The translations under genes were made by a program, and so were the position numbers. The notes beneath the pieces are model-generated. The model was not told the origin of the DNA. It searched no databases and saw only the letters and a program-made list of their open reading frames with translations. A stretch of DNA of 64,000 nt from Pseudomonadota bacterium (GTDB lineage Bacteria > Pseudomonadota > Gammaproteobacteria > Burkholderiales > Burkholderiaceae_E), in assembly GCA_963204785.1 (NCBI GenBank), contig CAUJHG010000045.1, forward strand, positions 36,185 through 100,184, in the 5' to 3' direction. Below, in pieces: positions 19,068 to 28,443 of this stretch (positions are counted from its first letter, which is position 1; each line of letters opens with the position of its first letter).

Positions 19068-19166
19068 GCGCGATCCGGCGCGGATGTCGGAACGCCGGCG
19101 CCGGCCGGGCGCCGCGCCTGTCATAGACTGGCCCTGACATCCCGACCACTGTGAGGAGCCCGACCG

Positions 19167-19943
19167 ATGACCGCCTTCCCCCTTCCCAACGCCTCCACCG
19201 ACCTCACCGGGCAGGTCGCCCTGGTCACCGGCGCCTCCGCGGGGCTCGGCCTGCGCTTCTCGAAGGTGCTGGCCGCCTGCGGCGCGAAGGTGGCGCTCGC
19301 CGCGCGCCGCGCGGACAAGCTCGAGGCGCTCGCCGCCGAGATCCGTGCTGCCGGCGGCGTGGCCGAGCCCTTCCAGCTCGACGTCACCGACGCCGACCAG
19401 CTGCTCGCAGTGGTCGCCAAGGTCGAGGAGAAGCTCGGCACGCCGACGATCCTCGTGAACAATGCCGGGATCCCGGATGCGCAGCGCGCGCACAAGATGA
19501 GCGTGGAGCTGATCGACCGCGTGCTCGACATCAACGTGCGCGCCCCCTGGATCCTGTCCTGCGAATTCGCGCGCCGGCTGATGGCCGCCGGCAAGCCGGG
19601 GCGCATCGTGAACCTGGCCTCGCGCGCCGCCTTCAGCTACAACGGCAACGGGGCGGCGCTGTACTCGACCACCAAGATGGCCGTGGTGCGGATGACCGAG
19701 GCGCTCGCGGTCGAATGGGCGAGCGCCGGGATCAACGTCAACGCGATCGCCCCCGGGGCCTTCGCCTCGGAGATGATGGACGGGATGCTCGCGCGCGTGG
19801 GCGACATCTCCAAGCACTTCCCGCGCCAGCGCCTGGGCGATCCGGCGCAGCTCGACAGCACCCTGCTCTTCCTGGTCTCGCCCGCCTCCGAGTTCGTCAC
19901 CGGCACCTGCGTGCGGGTCGACGACGCGCAGGGCGGGCGCTGA
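19167..19943 (+). CDS. Short-chain dehydrogenase/reductase
   Basis: TGASAGLG, VNNAG, YSTTK, NAIAPG. Confidence 0.9.
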   Translation: MTAFPLPNASTDLTGQVALVTGASAGLGLRFSKVLAACGAKVALAARRADKLEALAAEIRAAGGVAEPFQLDVTDADQLLAVVAKVEEKLGTPTILVNNAGIPDAQRAHKMSVELIDRVLDINVRAPWILSCEFARRLMAAGKPGRIVNLASRAAFSYNGNGAALYSTTKMAVVRMTEALAVEWASAGINVNAIAPGAFASEMMDGMLARVGDISKHFPRQRLGDPAQLDSTLLFLVSPASEFVTGTCVRVDDAQGGR

Positions 19944-19982
19944 GCGCAGCGCGGCGGCGCAAGCCGGAAGCGGAACGCCTGC

Positions 19983-20016
19983 CGATGCGGCATTGAGCCA
20001 GGTCAATGCCGCATCG
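19983..20016. promoter_or_regulatory. Perfect 14-6-14 inverted repeat upstream of the acyl-CoA dehydrogenase pair (operator or hairpin)
   Basis: CGATGCGGCATTGA-GCCAGG-TCAATGCCGCATCG. Confidence 0.6.
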
Positions 20017-20062
20017 TGACGCTGTGCCTTAGGGTCGATCGATTCCCAGATCGGCGCACGCG

Positions 20063-21235
20063 ATGAACTTCGACTTCTCCGAGGACCTGAACCTGCTGCG
20101 CGAGCAGGCACGTCGCTTCCTGGGCGAGCGCTGCAGTGCGCAGGTGGTACGGACGGTGTTCGAGGGCGACGCGGCCTTCGACGCCGGGCTGTGGGCGCAG
20201 GTCGCCTCGCTCGGCTGGACCGGCTGCGCGATTCCCGAGCAGTGGGGCGGAACCGGGCTCGGCCACGAGGCGCTGTGCGTGCTCGCCGAGGAGATGGGTC
20301 GGGCCAACGCGCCGCTGCCCTTCGGGTCCGCGGTCTACCTGGCTGCCGAGGCGGTGCTGTGCCACGGCAGCCCCGCGCAGCAGGCCCGCTGGCTGCCCGC
20401 GATCGCTTCGGGCGAGGCGATCGGTGCGCTCGCGCTCGCCGAGGGCCCAGGAAACCCGCGCGCCGCGGCAGTGCAGGCGCGGCTCGAGGGCGGCCGGCTG
20501 CATGGCACGAAGTGGCCGGTGCTCGACGGCGCCGCAGCCAGCTTCGCGGTCGTGGTCGCGAAGGATCCTCAGGGCGGCCTGGTCCTGGCGCGCGTCGAGC
20601 TCGACGCACCGGGCGTGCGGCGCACCCCCCTGCAGACCCTGGACCCCGCGCGCCCCCAGGTGCGCATCGACTTCGACTGCGCGCCCGCCGAGCCGCTCGG
20701 CGAGGCCGCGCTGTCCTGGCTGCAACTGGAGCGGCTGCTGGACCGCGCCGCCGTGCTGCTGGCCTTCGAGCAGATCGGCGGGGCCGCTGCCTGCCTGGAC
20801 ATGGCCGGCGCGCACGCGAAGCAGCGCATCGCCTTCGGCCGCCCGATCGGCTCCTTCCAGGCGGTCAAGCACAAGCTCGCCGACGTCTTCGTCGCGATCG
20901 AGCTCGCACGCTCGAACGCCTACTACGGCGCCTGGGCGCTGCAGACCGACGCGCCCGAGCTCACCGCTGCGGCAGCGGCGGCGCGCGTGGCGGCAACGCA
21001 GGCCTTCCACCTCGCGGCCAAGGAGAGCATCCAGGTCCACGGCGGGATGGGCTTCACCTGGGAGATGGACTGCCACCTGTACCTGCGCCGCGCCAGGGTG
21101 CTGTCGGCCGCGCTGGGCGGACCGGCCTGGTGGAAGGAGCGCCTGGTGCGCGAATACGAGACGCGGATGCAGTCGCGACTGGCGCATCGCCAGCCCCTGG
21201 ACAGCGATCGGAAGCCGAGCCATGGACTTCAGTGA
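20063..21235 (+). CDS. Acyl-CoA dehydrogenase family protein (small-subunit / PimD-like)
   Basis: MNFDFSED, GTKWPV, RIAFGRPIGSFQAVKHKLAD, QVHGGMGFTWE. Confidence 0.9.
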   Translation: MNFDFSEDLNLLREQARRFLGERCSAQVVRTVFEGDAAFDAGLWAQVASLGWTGCAIPEQWGGTGLGHEALCVLAEEMGRANAPLPFGSAVYLAAEAVLCHGSPAQQARWLPAIASGEAIGALALAEGPGNPRAAAVQARLEGGRLHGTKWPVLDGAAASFAVVVAKDPQGGLVLARVELDAPGVRRTPLQTLDPARPQVRIDFDCAPAEPLGEAALSWLQLERLLDRAAVLLAFEQIGGAAACLDMAGAHAKQRIAFGRPIGSFQAVKHKLADVFVAIELARSNAYYGAWALQTDAPELTAAAAAARVAATQAFHLAAKESIQVHGGMGFTWEMDCHLYLRRARVLSAALGGPAWWKERLVREYETRMQSRLAHRQPLDSDRKPSHGLQ

Positions 21236-22448
21236 CACCCCCGAGGAAGCCGCCTTTCGCGCCGAGGTGCGCGCCTTCCTCGAAGCCAGCGCGAAGCTGC
21301 GCCCGACCGGCGAATTCTCCCAGCGCCCGCACCAGCTCGACGGCGCCGAGGCCCTCGCCGCGGCAAAGGCCTGGCAGGCGAAGAAGGCCCGCGCCGGCTT
21401 CGTCGGGATCACCTGGGATCCGAAGCACGGCGGACGCGGCGGCAGCCAGATCCAGCAGGTGATCTACCACCAGGAAGAGGCGCAGTTCGACGTCCCGCGC
21501 GGCTTCTGCGAGCGCAGCGTCGACATCTACCTGCCCACGCTGATCGCCTACGCGAGCCAGGCGCAGCTCGACCGCTACCTGGGGCCGGGAATGCGGGGCG
21601 AGGAGATCTGGTGCCAGCTCTTCTCCGAGCCCGCCGCCGGCTCCGACCTTGCCGCGCTGCGCACCCGCGCCGAGCGCGACGGCGACGACTGGGTGATCAA
21701 CGGCCAGAAGGTCTGGACCTCGCGCGCCCACTTCTCCGACTATGGGCTGCTGCTCACCCGCACCGACCCGACCGTCCCGAAGCACGCCGGACTCACCTTC
21801 TTCTTCGTCGACATGCGCGCGCCGGGGATCGAGATGCGCCGGATCCGGCAGATCGCCGGCACCTCGGACTTCAACGAGATCTTCTTCAACGACGTGCGCA
21901 TCCCCGACGCGCAGCGGCTCGGCGAGGTCAACGGCGGCTGGAAGGTCGCGATGACCACGCTGCAGAACGAGCGCCTGGCCACCAGCGAGGTGCTCGGCCC
22001 CGACGCCGAGGACCTGTTCCTGATGGCCTGCCAGCTCGAGGTCGACGGCGAGCCGGCGATCCGCAACGCCGCAGTGCGCGAGCGGCTGGCCGACTGGCTG
22101 GTGCAGACGCAGGGGCTGAAGTACACCCGCTTCCGGACGATGACCGCGCTCTCGCGCGGGCGGGCGCCGGGGCCGGAGGCGACCATCGGCAAGCTGGTGG
22201 GCGCCACCAAGCTGCAGGACATCGCGGCCTTCGGCGCCGACCTGCTCGGCATGAGCGCGGCAGTGACCGACCACGAAATCGCCCCGATGGACGCCTGGTT
22301 CCAGGAGGCGATTCTCTACGCGCCGGGCCGGCGCATCGCGGGCGGCACCGACGAGATCCTGCGCAACATCATCGCCGAACGGGTGCTCGGTCTGCCCGGG
22401 GACGTCCGCGTCGACAAGGACCTGCCCTTCAACCGGGTTGCGGGCTGA
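21222..22448 (+). CDS. Acyl-CoA dehydrogenase family protein (large-subunit / PimC-like)
   Basis: WCQLFSEPAAGSDLA, INGQKVWTS, FNEIFF, IAGGTDEILRNIIAERVLGLP. Confidence 0.9.
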   Translation: MDFSDTPEEAAFRAEVRAFLEASAKLRPTGEFSQRPHQLDGAEALAAAKAWQAKKARAGFVGITWDPKHGGRGGSQIQQVIYHQEEAQFDVPRGFCERSVDIYLPTLIAYASQAQLDRYLGPGMRGEEIWCQLFSEPAAGSDLAALRTRAERDGDDWVINGQKVWTSRAHFSDYGLLLTRTDPTVPKHAGLTFFFVDMRAPGIEMRRIRQIAGTSDFNEIFFNDVRIPDAQRLGEVNGGWKVAMTTLQNERLATSEVLGPDAEDLFLMACQLEVDGEPAIRNAAVRERLADWLVQTQGLKYTRFRTMTALSRGRAPGPEATIGKLVGATKLQDIAAFGADLLGMSAAVTDHEIAPMDAWFQEAILYAPGRRIAGGTDEILRNIIAERVLGLPGDVRVDKDLPFNRVAG

Positions 22449-22615
22449 TCCGGGGTGCGGCTGGCGCGGCTGCGGCCCGCGGCCCAGCCGGGCCGGGCGC
22501 GATGCACCCGCGATGCCCACATTCCGGGTCCCGGCAGCTTGCAATCGGCGGATACGGGCCACAATTGCGGTCTGAAGGGCCTCTGCCCTGCCTTCCCGCA
22601 AGACCGGATCCGCTC

Positions 22616-23359
22616 ATGTCATCGACCCCGACCCGCTCCCTGAACCTGGCTGGCGCCAGCAACTTCCGCGATCTCGGTGGCTACCGCACCGAAGACGGCC
22701 GCAGCCTGCGCTGGCGCCGGCTGTTCCGCTCCGATCATCTCGCCGCCCTCACCCCGCAGGACCAGCGCGCGCTCGAGGCGCTCGGCCTGTCGCGTGCGCT
22801 GGACTTCCGCGGCGTCGAGGAGAGCGATGCCGCCTCCTACGCGCTGCCGGGAGTCGCACGGCATCCGCTGCCGATCGAGCCCACCGTGGTGCAGGGAATC
22901 CAGACGCTGCTGCAGGCCGGACACCAGCTCACCGCGCGCGACGCGGTCGACCTGATGCGGCAGACCTATCGGGCCTTCGTGCTGGACAATGCGCCGCGCT
23001 TCGCCGAACTGTTCCGCCACCTCGTCGAGCACGATGCGCCGCTGGTCTTCCACTGCACCGCGGGCAAGGACCGCACGGGCTTTGCGGCGGCGCTGATCCT
23101 CTCGGCGCTGTCGGTGCCGCGCGACGTGATGATGCACGACTACCTGCTGACCAATCAGCTCTATCGCCGCAGCGCACCTGCGCAGACCGACACTCCCCAG
23201 GAGGTGCTCGACGTGCTGTGGCGGGTGCAGGCGGATTTCCTCGAGGCGGCGCTGCAGGCGGTCGACGAGCGTCACGGCGGAATCGATCGCTACCTGCACG
23301 AGATCGGCGTCGGCGAGCGCGAGCGCGCCAGGTTGGCGGAGCTCTACCTGACCGACTGA
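22616..23359 (+). CDS. Protein-tyrosine phosphatase family protein
   Basis: NFRDLGG, FRSD, P-loop HCTAGKDRTG, DYLLT. Confidence 0.9.
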   Translation: MSSTPTRSLNLAGASNFRDLGGYRTEDGRSLRWRRLFRSDHLAALTPQDQRALEALGLSRALDFRGVEESDAASYALPGVARHPLPIEPTVVQGIQTLLQAGHQLTARDAVDLMRQTYRAFVLDNAPRFAELFRHLVEHDAPLVFHCTAGKDRTGFAAALILSALSVPRDVMMHDYLLTNQLYRRSAPAQTDTPQEVLDVLWRVQADFLEAALQAVDERHGGIDRYLHEIGVGERERARLAELYLTD

Positions 23360-23559
23360 TCGCCGCAGCACCCGATTAATCGTCGTGGCGCCCGACGCAT
23401 CGTCGCGGCGCGCGAGGGGCCCGACGCCAGGCCTTCCCGATGCCGGGCCTTCTCCGGGCGCCGGCACCCTGGCCACCCTGCTCCCGACAGCCGTGCACGA
23501 ATCCTCGCCATCGGCCGGCGAGCCAGCAAGGACGCGGCTTGCGACCATCTGGTCACCTG

Positions 23560-23594
23560 TTTTCCACAGGCTTGCCCACTGCTGCCGTGGATAA
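23560..23594. promoter_or_regulatory. Pair of inverted DnaA-box-like 9-mers
   Basis: TTTTCCACA (23560-23568, matches TTWTNCACA) and CGTGGATAA (23586-23594, reverse TTATCCACG, 8/9). Confidence 0.4.
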
Positions 23595-23642
23595 TCCCAC
23601 CTGACGAGCCCGCAGGGCCGCATCGACCGACCGAGGATCCAC

Positions 23643-24911
23643 TTGCAATTCATCCACGCCGCCGACCTGCACGTCGACAGCCCGCTGCGCGGGCTCGACG
23701 ACTACGAGGGCGCGCCGGTCGCGCGGCTGCGCGGCGCGACCCGGCAGGCGCTGATCGCCCTGGTGGATCTGGCCCTGGAGCGCCGGGTGGACCTGGTGCT
23801 GCTGGCCGGCGACCTGTTCGACGGCGACTGGATCGATTTCCGCACCGGACTCTTCTTCCGCGCCCAGATGCTGCGCCTGTGCCGGGCCGGCATCCGCGTC
23901 TTCGCAGTCCGGGGCAATCACGATGCCGCCAGCCAGATCACCCGGCAGTTGCCCGCGCTCGAAGGCATGCACGAATTCAGTTCCGAGCGCAGCGAGACGG
24001 TCGACCTGCCCGGACTGGGGGTGGCGATCCACGGCCGCAGCTTCCCGCAGCGTGCCGTCACCGAGGATCTGGTGCCGCAGTACCCGCAGCCGCTTGCCGG
24101 GCGCTTCAACATCGGCCTGCTGCACACCAGCCTCACCGGCCGCGAAGGCCACGACAGCTACGCGCCGACGACGGTCGAGACCCTGCTCGCCAAGGGCTAC
24201 GACTACTTCGCGCTGGGCCACGTCCACGCGCGCGAGGTGGTGCGCGAGACGGCGCCGCGGATCGTCTTCCCCGGCAACCTGCAGGGCCGGCACGCGCGCG
24301 AGACGGGCCCCAAGGGCTGCGAGCTGGTTCGCGTCGAGGACGGCGTCCTGGTCTCGGCGGAGTTCGTCGCGCTCGACGTGGTGCGCTGGCACCAGCTGGA
24401 GCTCGACGCAGCCGGGCTCGACGGGGTGGACGCGCTCGCACGGCGCTTCGCCGATGCCGCGCGCGCGCTCGCGGCCGAGGCGCCGGAGCGGCTGCACGCG
24501 CTGCGGGTGCACCTGCGCGGCCAGTCGCCGCTGCACGCGCTCGAGGCGCGCCAGCCCGGCACGCTGGCGGCTGCGATCCAGGCGGCCTGCCAGGAGCTCG
24601 ATGGCCTCGACCTCTGGATCGAGGAGGTGCGGCTGGCCCTGGGTTCGCCGCTGGACCGCGCGACTGCGGCAGTGCGCGCCGATGCGCTGGGCGACGTGGT
24701 GCGGCTGGTCGACGCGATCGCGGCCGACGACGCGACGCTCGCAGCCTGGTTCGGCGAGCGGCTGGCCGAGCTGGGCGTGCTGCCGCAGCCATTGGCCGAC
24801 GCGGACCCGCGAAAGCTCGAGCCTGCGCTGATGCGGGCGCTGCTGGCCGACGCCGAGGCCACGGTGCTGGCGCGCCTTGCGCAGCTCGCTGCGAGCGGAG
24901 GTGAGGCTTGA
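23643..24911 (+). CDS. SbcD/Mre11-like metallophosphoesterase (YhaO family DNA exonuclease)
   Basis: HAADLHVD, AGDLFD, RGNHD, GLLHT, ALGHVH, PGNLQGR; TTG start. Confidence 0.9.
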   Translation: MQFIHAADLHVDSPLRGLDDYEGAPVARLRGATRQALIALVDLALERRVDLVLLAGDLFDGDWIDFRTGLFFRAQMLRLCRAGIRVFAVRGNHDAASQITRQLPALEGMHEFSSERSETVDLPGLGVAIHGRSFPQRAVTEDLVPQYPQPLAGRFNIGLLHTSLTGREGHDSYAPTTVETLLAKGYDYFALGHVHAREVVRETAPRIVFPGNLQGRHARETGPKGCELVRVEDGVLVSAEFVALDVVRWHQLELDAAGLDGVDALARRFADAARALAAEAPERLHALRVHLRGQSPLHALEARQPGTLAAAIQAACQELDGLDLWIEEVRLALGSPLDRATAAVRADALGDVVRLVDAIAADDATLAAWFGERLAELGVLPQPLADADPRKLEPALMRALLADAEATVLARLAQLAASGGEA

Positions 24912-24954
24912 AGCCGCCGCAGCCCGCGCTGCGCCAGGCGGCCGGGGGCCGCGC

Positions 24955-27900
24955 ATGAGACTCGCACGCCTCGACCTGCTCGCCTACGGGCCTTTCACCA
25001 ACCGGGTGCTGGACCTCGGCCCGGCGGGCCGGCTGGTGCTGCTGTACGGGCCGAACGAGGCCGGCAAGTCCTCGGCGCTGCGCGCGCTCTCGGACCTGCG
25101 CTTCGGGATTCCGCAGCAGAGCCGGGACAACTTCGTGCATCCGCATCCGCAGATGCGGGTCGGCGGCGCCTTCGTCGACGCTGAGGGACGCGTGCACGAG
25201 GTGGTGCGCCGCAAGGGGCGCGGCGCGACCCTTCTGGCGACGGACACCGGCGAACCGGTCTCCCCGGAGCTGGAGGCCCGGATCACCTGCGGCCTGAGCC
25301 GCGAGGAGCACGACACCGCGTTCGGAATCGACCACGCCCGCCTGCGCCAGGGGGGCGAGGCGCTGCTCGACGGCCATGGCGAGCTCGGCGCGGCACTGTT
25401 CGAGGCCAGCGCCGGCGTGCGCGGAATCGACGGCGTGCTCAGGCAGCTCGACGCCGATGCGCGCCAGCGCTTCATTCCGGGCGTGCGCGCACGCAATGCG
25501 CAGATCAACGAAGGGCTGCGCGCGTACAGGGAGCACCAGGAGGCGCTGCGCGAATTGCGCGTGCGCCCGGGCGACTGGGGCAGGCTGGCCCGGCAGCACC
25601 ACGACGCAGCAGCGACGCTCGAGGCGCTCGAACTGCAGCGCGCCAGGCTGCACGCGCGCCTGCTGCTGATCGGCGAACTGCGTGCGGTCGCCCCCCTGCT
25701 GGCGACGCTGCGGCACGCCGGCGCGGTGCTGCACTCGCTGGGCGAGGCTGCGCTGCTGCCCGAGTCCGCCGAGCGCGAGCGCAGCCAGGCCCAGGCGGCA
25801 CTGGGCGCCGCGCGCCAGGAGCTGGAATTCGCCGAGGCGGAGGCCGACGGACACCAACGCCGCCTGGAAGCGATCGAGGTCGACGAGGCCTTGCTCGAGG
25901 CAGCGCCGCTGCTGCGCCGGCTCGCCGCCGCGGTGCAGGCGGCCGAGCACTCGAGCACCGAGCTCGCCGACGCGCAGGCGCTGGCCGATGCCCGGGGCGC
26001 GGCCCTTGCCGCGCTGGCAGCGCGGATCGACGCCGATGCGCCCGGCGCCGCCGTGCTCGCGCGGGTCCCTGCACCGAGCGCGCGCGCGGACATCGACCTG
26101 CGCCTGCGGCGCTTCGAGCAGGCCTGCCGGGCCCTCGCCGAGCACCGGGAGTCTGCCCGCCAGGAACTCGGACAGTCCCCGCAGGAGCCCTGCGACGAGT
26201 TGCCCCCGCCGCAGGCCCGCAGCGCGCTGCAACTGGCGCTCGCGCAACTGGTCCGCGACGAGGCCACGCTGGCGCGACTGGCGGCGCTGCCGCAGGAACT
26301 GGACGAGGCGCGACGCAGCTTCGCCGATGCCCTGGCCGCGCTGGGATCGGTCGACGCGGCAAGCCTGCCGGCGCTGCGCCCGCTGCCCGATGCGGACATC
26401 GATGAGGCGGCCGCGCAGGATCGGCGTGACATCGAGCGGATCGAGGAGCGCGAGGCGGCCGACGAGCGCCTGGCTGCGGCGATCGCGGTCGCGCAGCAGC
26501 AGCGGCTCGACCTGCTTGCCCAGGGAACGGTTCCGACCCAGGACGAGGTGCACGCGGCGCGCCAGCGCCGCGACGCAGGCTGGCGACGCCTGCGCGCCGC
26601 GGGAATCGACTCCCCGCCCGCCGACACCGCGGCTGCGGCTGCGCTCGCGCCGCTGGCCGATGCCTTCGAGCTCGAACTCCTCGCGGCCGACCGTCTCGCC
26701 GATGCGCTCGCGCTGGACAGCACGCGCGCCGCGCAGCTGCAGGCATGCGCGCGCCGGCTCGCCGAACTGGATCGCGAACGCGAGGCGCTGCGCGCCGAGC
26801 GCGAGGAGCTGTCGGCTGCGCAGGCGCGCCGGCGCGCCGCCTGGGCGCAGTCGCTGCGGGCCGCAAGGCTGCCGGAGATGACGCCGGCGGCGCTGCGCGA
26901 ATGGCAGGCGATGCTTGCGCACGCGCGCGCCGCACGCGAGACCCTGTGCGCGCTGCAGGACGAACTGCAACGCACCGATGCCCGCGCCCGGGAGCTGGCA
27001 GCGGCGCTGCGCTCGGCCCTGTGCGCGGCCGGTGCGCCTGCGCCGGCGCCGGACGCGCCGCTCGGCCTGCTCGTCGAGCTCGCACGGCAGATGGAGGCCG
27101 ATCTCGGCGGGCGCGAGACCGCGTACATCGCCGCGCAGGCACGGCGCAAGGAAGCCGAGCGCCGCCGGGCGCAGCTGCAGTCTCGCGAGGCGCATCTCGA
27201 CGCGGAACGTCAGGCTGCGCGCGAGGCGCTGGCGCCGGTGCTGGCAGCGCTCGCACTGGGCCCGCAGGCCGGAGTCGAGGTGATCCGCGCGCGGCTCGAC
27301 GAACTCGATGAACTCGCCCGGCTCGAAGTCCAGCGCGACGACGCGCAGCAGCGTGCGATGCGTTCCCGGGCCGTGCTCGATGCGCTCGAAGCGGACGCGC
27401 GCGCGATCGCCGGGCGGCTCGGGCGGGACTGGGACGGCGACGCCCGGCTGTTCGTCGACCAGGGCATCGCGCGGCTCGAACAGGCCGAGCGCGCACGCAG
27501 CGAGCGCGCCCTGGCGCTGCAGGCGCACGCGCGCGCGCTGGAGGCGCAGCGCAAGCACGCCCAGGCCGTCTCGCTGCAGGAGCAGCGCCTCGCGCAGCTC
27601 TGTGCTGCCGCGGGAGTGGCCACCGCGGATGCCCTGCCCGAAGCCGAGGAACGGTCCCGACGCAGGCGCGAGGCGCAGACGACGATCGACCGGGTCGGCG
27701 CGCAGCTCGCGCAGGCCTCGCGTCGCAGCGCCGACGAGCTGCGCGAACTGCTCGCCGATCGCGACGCGGCCTCACTGGACGCCGAAGAGGCAGCGCTGGC
27801 CCACGAACAGACGCAGCTCGACGCCGCGCTGCGCGATGCCCGCGCGCAGGAGGAAGGCGCACGGCACGCACTGCAGGCGATCGACGGCGCCGACGCCGCC

Positions 27901-28443
27901 GCTGCCGCTGCCGAGGCCAGCGAGCGCGCGCTCGCTGCCGTGCGCGCCGCGATCGCGCCGTGGGCGCGCGCGCGCCTGGCGCACGCCCTGCTCAGCGAGG
28001 CGCTCGCGCGCTTTCGCGAGCGCGCCGAGGCGCCGATGCTGCGCGCGGCCTCGGCGCACTTCGCGCGCATCACCGGCGGAGCCTTCGTGCGACTGGCCAG
28101 CGACGATTCCGGCGAGCTTCCGGTGCTGGTGGCCGAGCGCGCCGGCGGCGCGCTGCTGCGGATCGAGGCGATGAGCGAGGGCACGCTGGATCAGCTCTAC
28201 CTCGCCTTGCGCCTGGCCGCGCTCGGTCTGCGTCGCAGTGCCGGCGTCGACCTGCCGCTGGTCCTGGACGACGTCCTGATGACCTCGGACGATCGGCGGG
28301 CAGGGCTGGCACTGGCTGCGCTCGCCGAGGTCGCGCGCGACGGGCAGGTGCTCGTCTTCACCCACCATCGCCACCTGGTGGAGATCGCGCAGGCAAGCGT
28401 CGCCGCGCAAGCGCTGAGCATCGTCGAACTGGAGCCCGAATGA
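24955..28443 (+). CDS. YhaN-family SMC/Rad50-like ATPase with long coiled coil
   Basis: Walker A GPNEAGKS, signature MSEGTLDQLYLALRLA, Walker B/D-loop LVLDDVLMTSD, H-loop FTHH. Confidence 0.9.
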   Translation: MRLARLDLLAYGPFTNRVLDLGPAGRLVLLYGPNEAGKSSALRALSDLRFGIPQQSRDNFVHPHPQMRVGGAFVDAEGRVHEVVRRKGRGATLLATDTGEPVSPELEARITCGLSREEHDTAFGIDHARLRQGGEALLDGHGELGAALFEASAGVRGIDGVLRQLDADARQRFIPGVRARNAQINEGLRAYREHQEALRELRVRPGDWGRLARQHHDAAATLEALELQRARLHARLLLIGELRAVAPLLATLRHAGAVLHSLGEAALLPESAERERSQAQAALGAARQELEFAEAEADGHQRRLEAIEVDEALLEAAPLLRRLAAAVQAAEHSSTELADAQALADARGAALAALAARIDADAPGAAVLARVPAPSARADIDLRLRRFEQACRALAEHRESARQELGQSPQEPCDELPPPQARSALQLALAQLVRDEATLARLAALPQELDEARRSFADALAALGSVDAASLPALRPLPDADIDEAAAQDRRDIERIEEREAADERLAAAIAVAQQQRLDLLAQGTVPTQDEVHAARQRRDAGWRRLRAAGIDSPPADTAAAAALAPLADAFELELLAADRLADALALDSTRAAQLQACARRLAELDREREALRAEREELSAAQARRRAAWAQSLRAARLPEMTPAALREWQAMLAHARAARETLCALQDELQRTDARARELAAALRSALCAAGAPAPAPDAPLGLLVELARQMEADLGGRETAYIAAQARRKEAERRRAQLQSREAHLDAERQAAREALAPVLAALALGPQAGVEVIRARLDELDELARLEVQRDDAQQRAMRSRAVLDALEADARAIAGRLGRDWDGDARLFVDQGIARLEQAERARSERALALQAHARALEAQRKHAQAVSLQEQRLAQLCAAAGVATADALPEAEERSRRRREAQTTIDRVGAQLAQASRRSADELRELLADRDAASLDAEEAALAHEQTQLDAALRDARAQEEGARHALQAIDGADAAAAAAEASERALAAVRAAIAPWARARLAHALLSEALARFRERAEAPMLRAASAHFARITGGAFVRLASDDSGELPVLVAERAGGALLRIEAMSEGTLDQLYLALRLAALGLRRSAGVDLPLVLDDVLMTSDDRRAGLALAALAEVARDGQVLVFTHHRHLVEIAQASVAAQALSIVELEPE

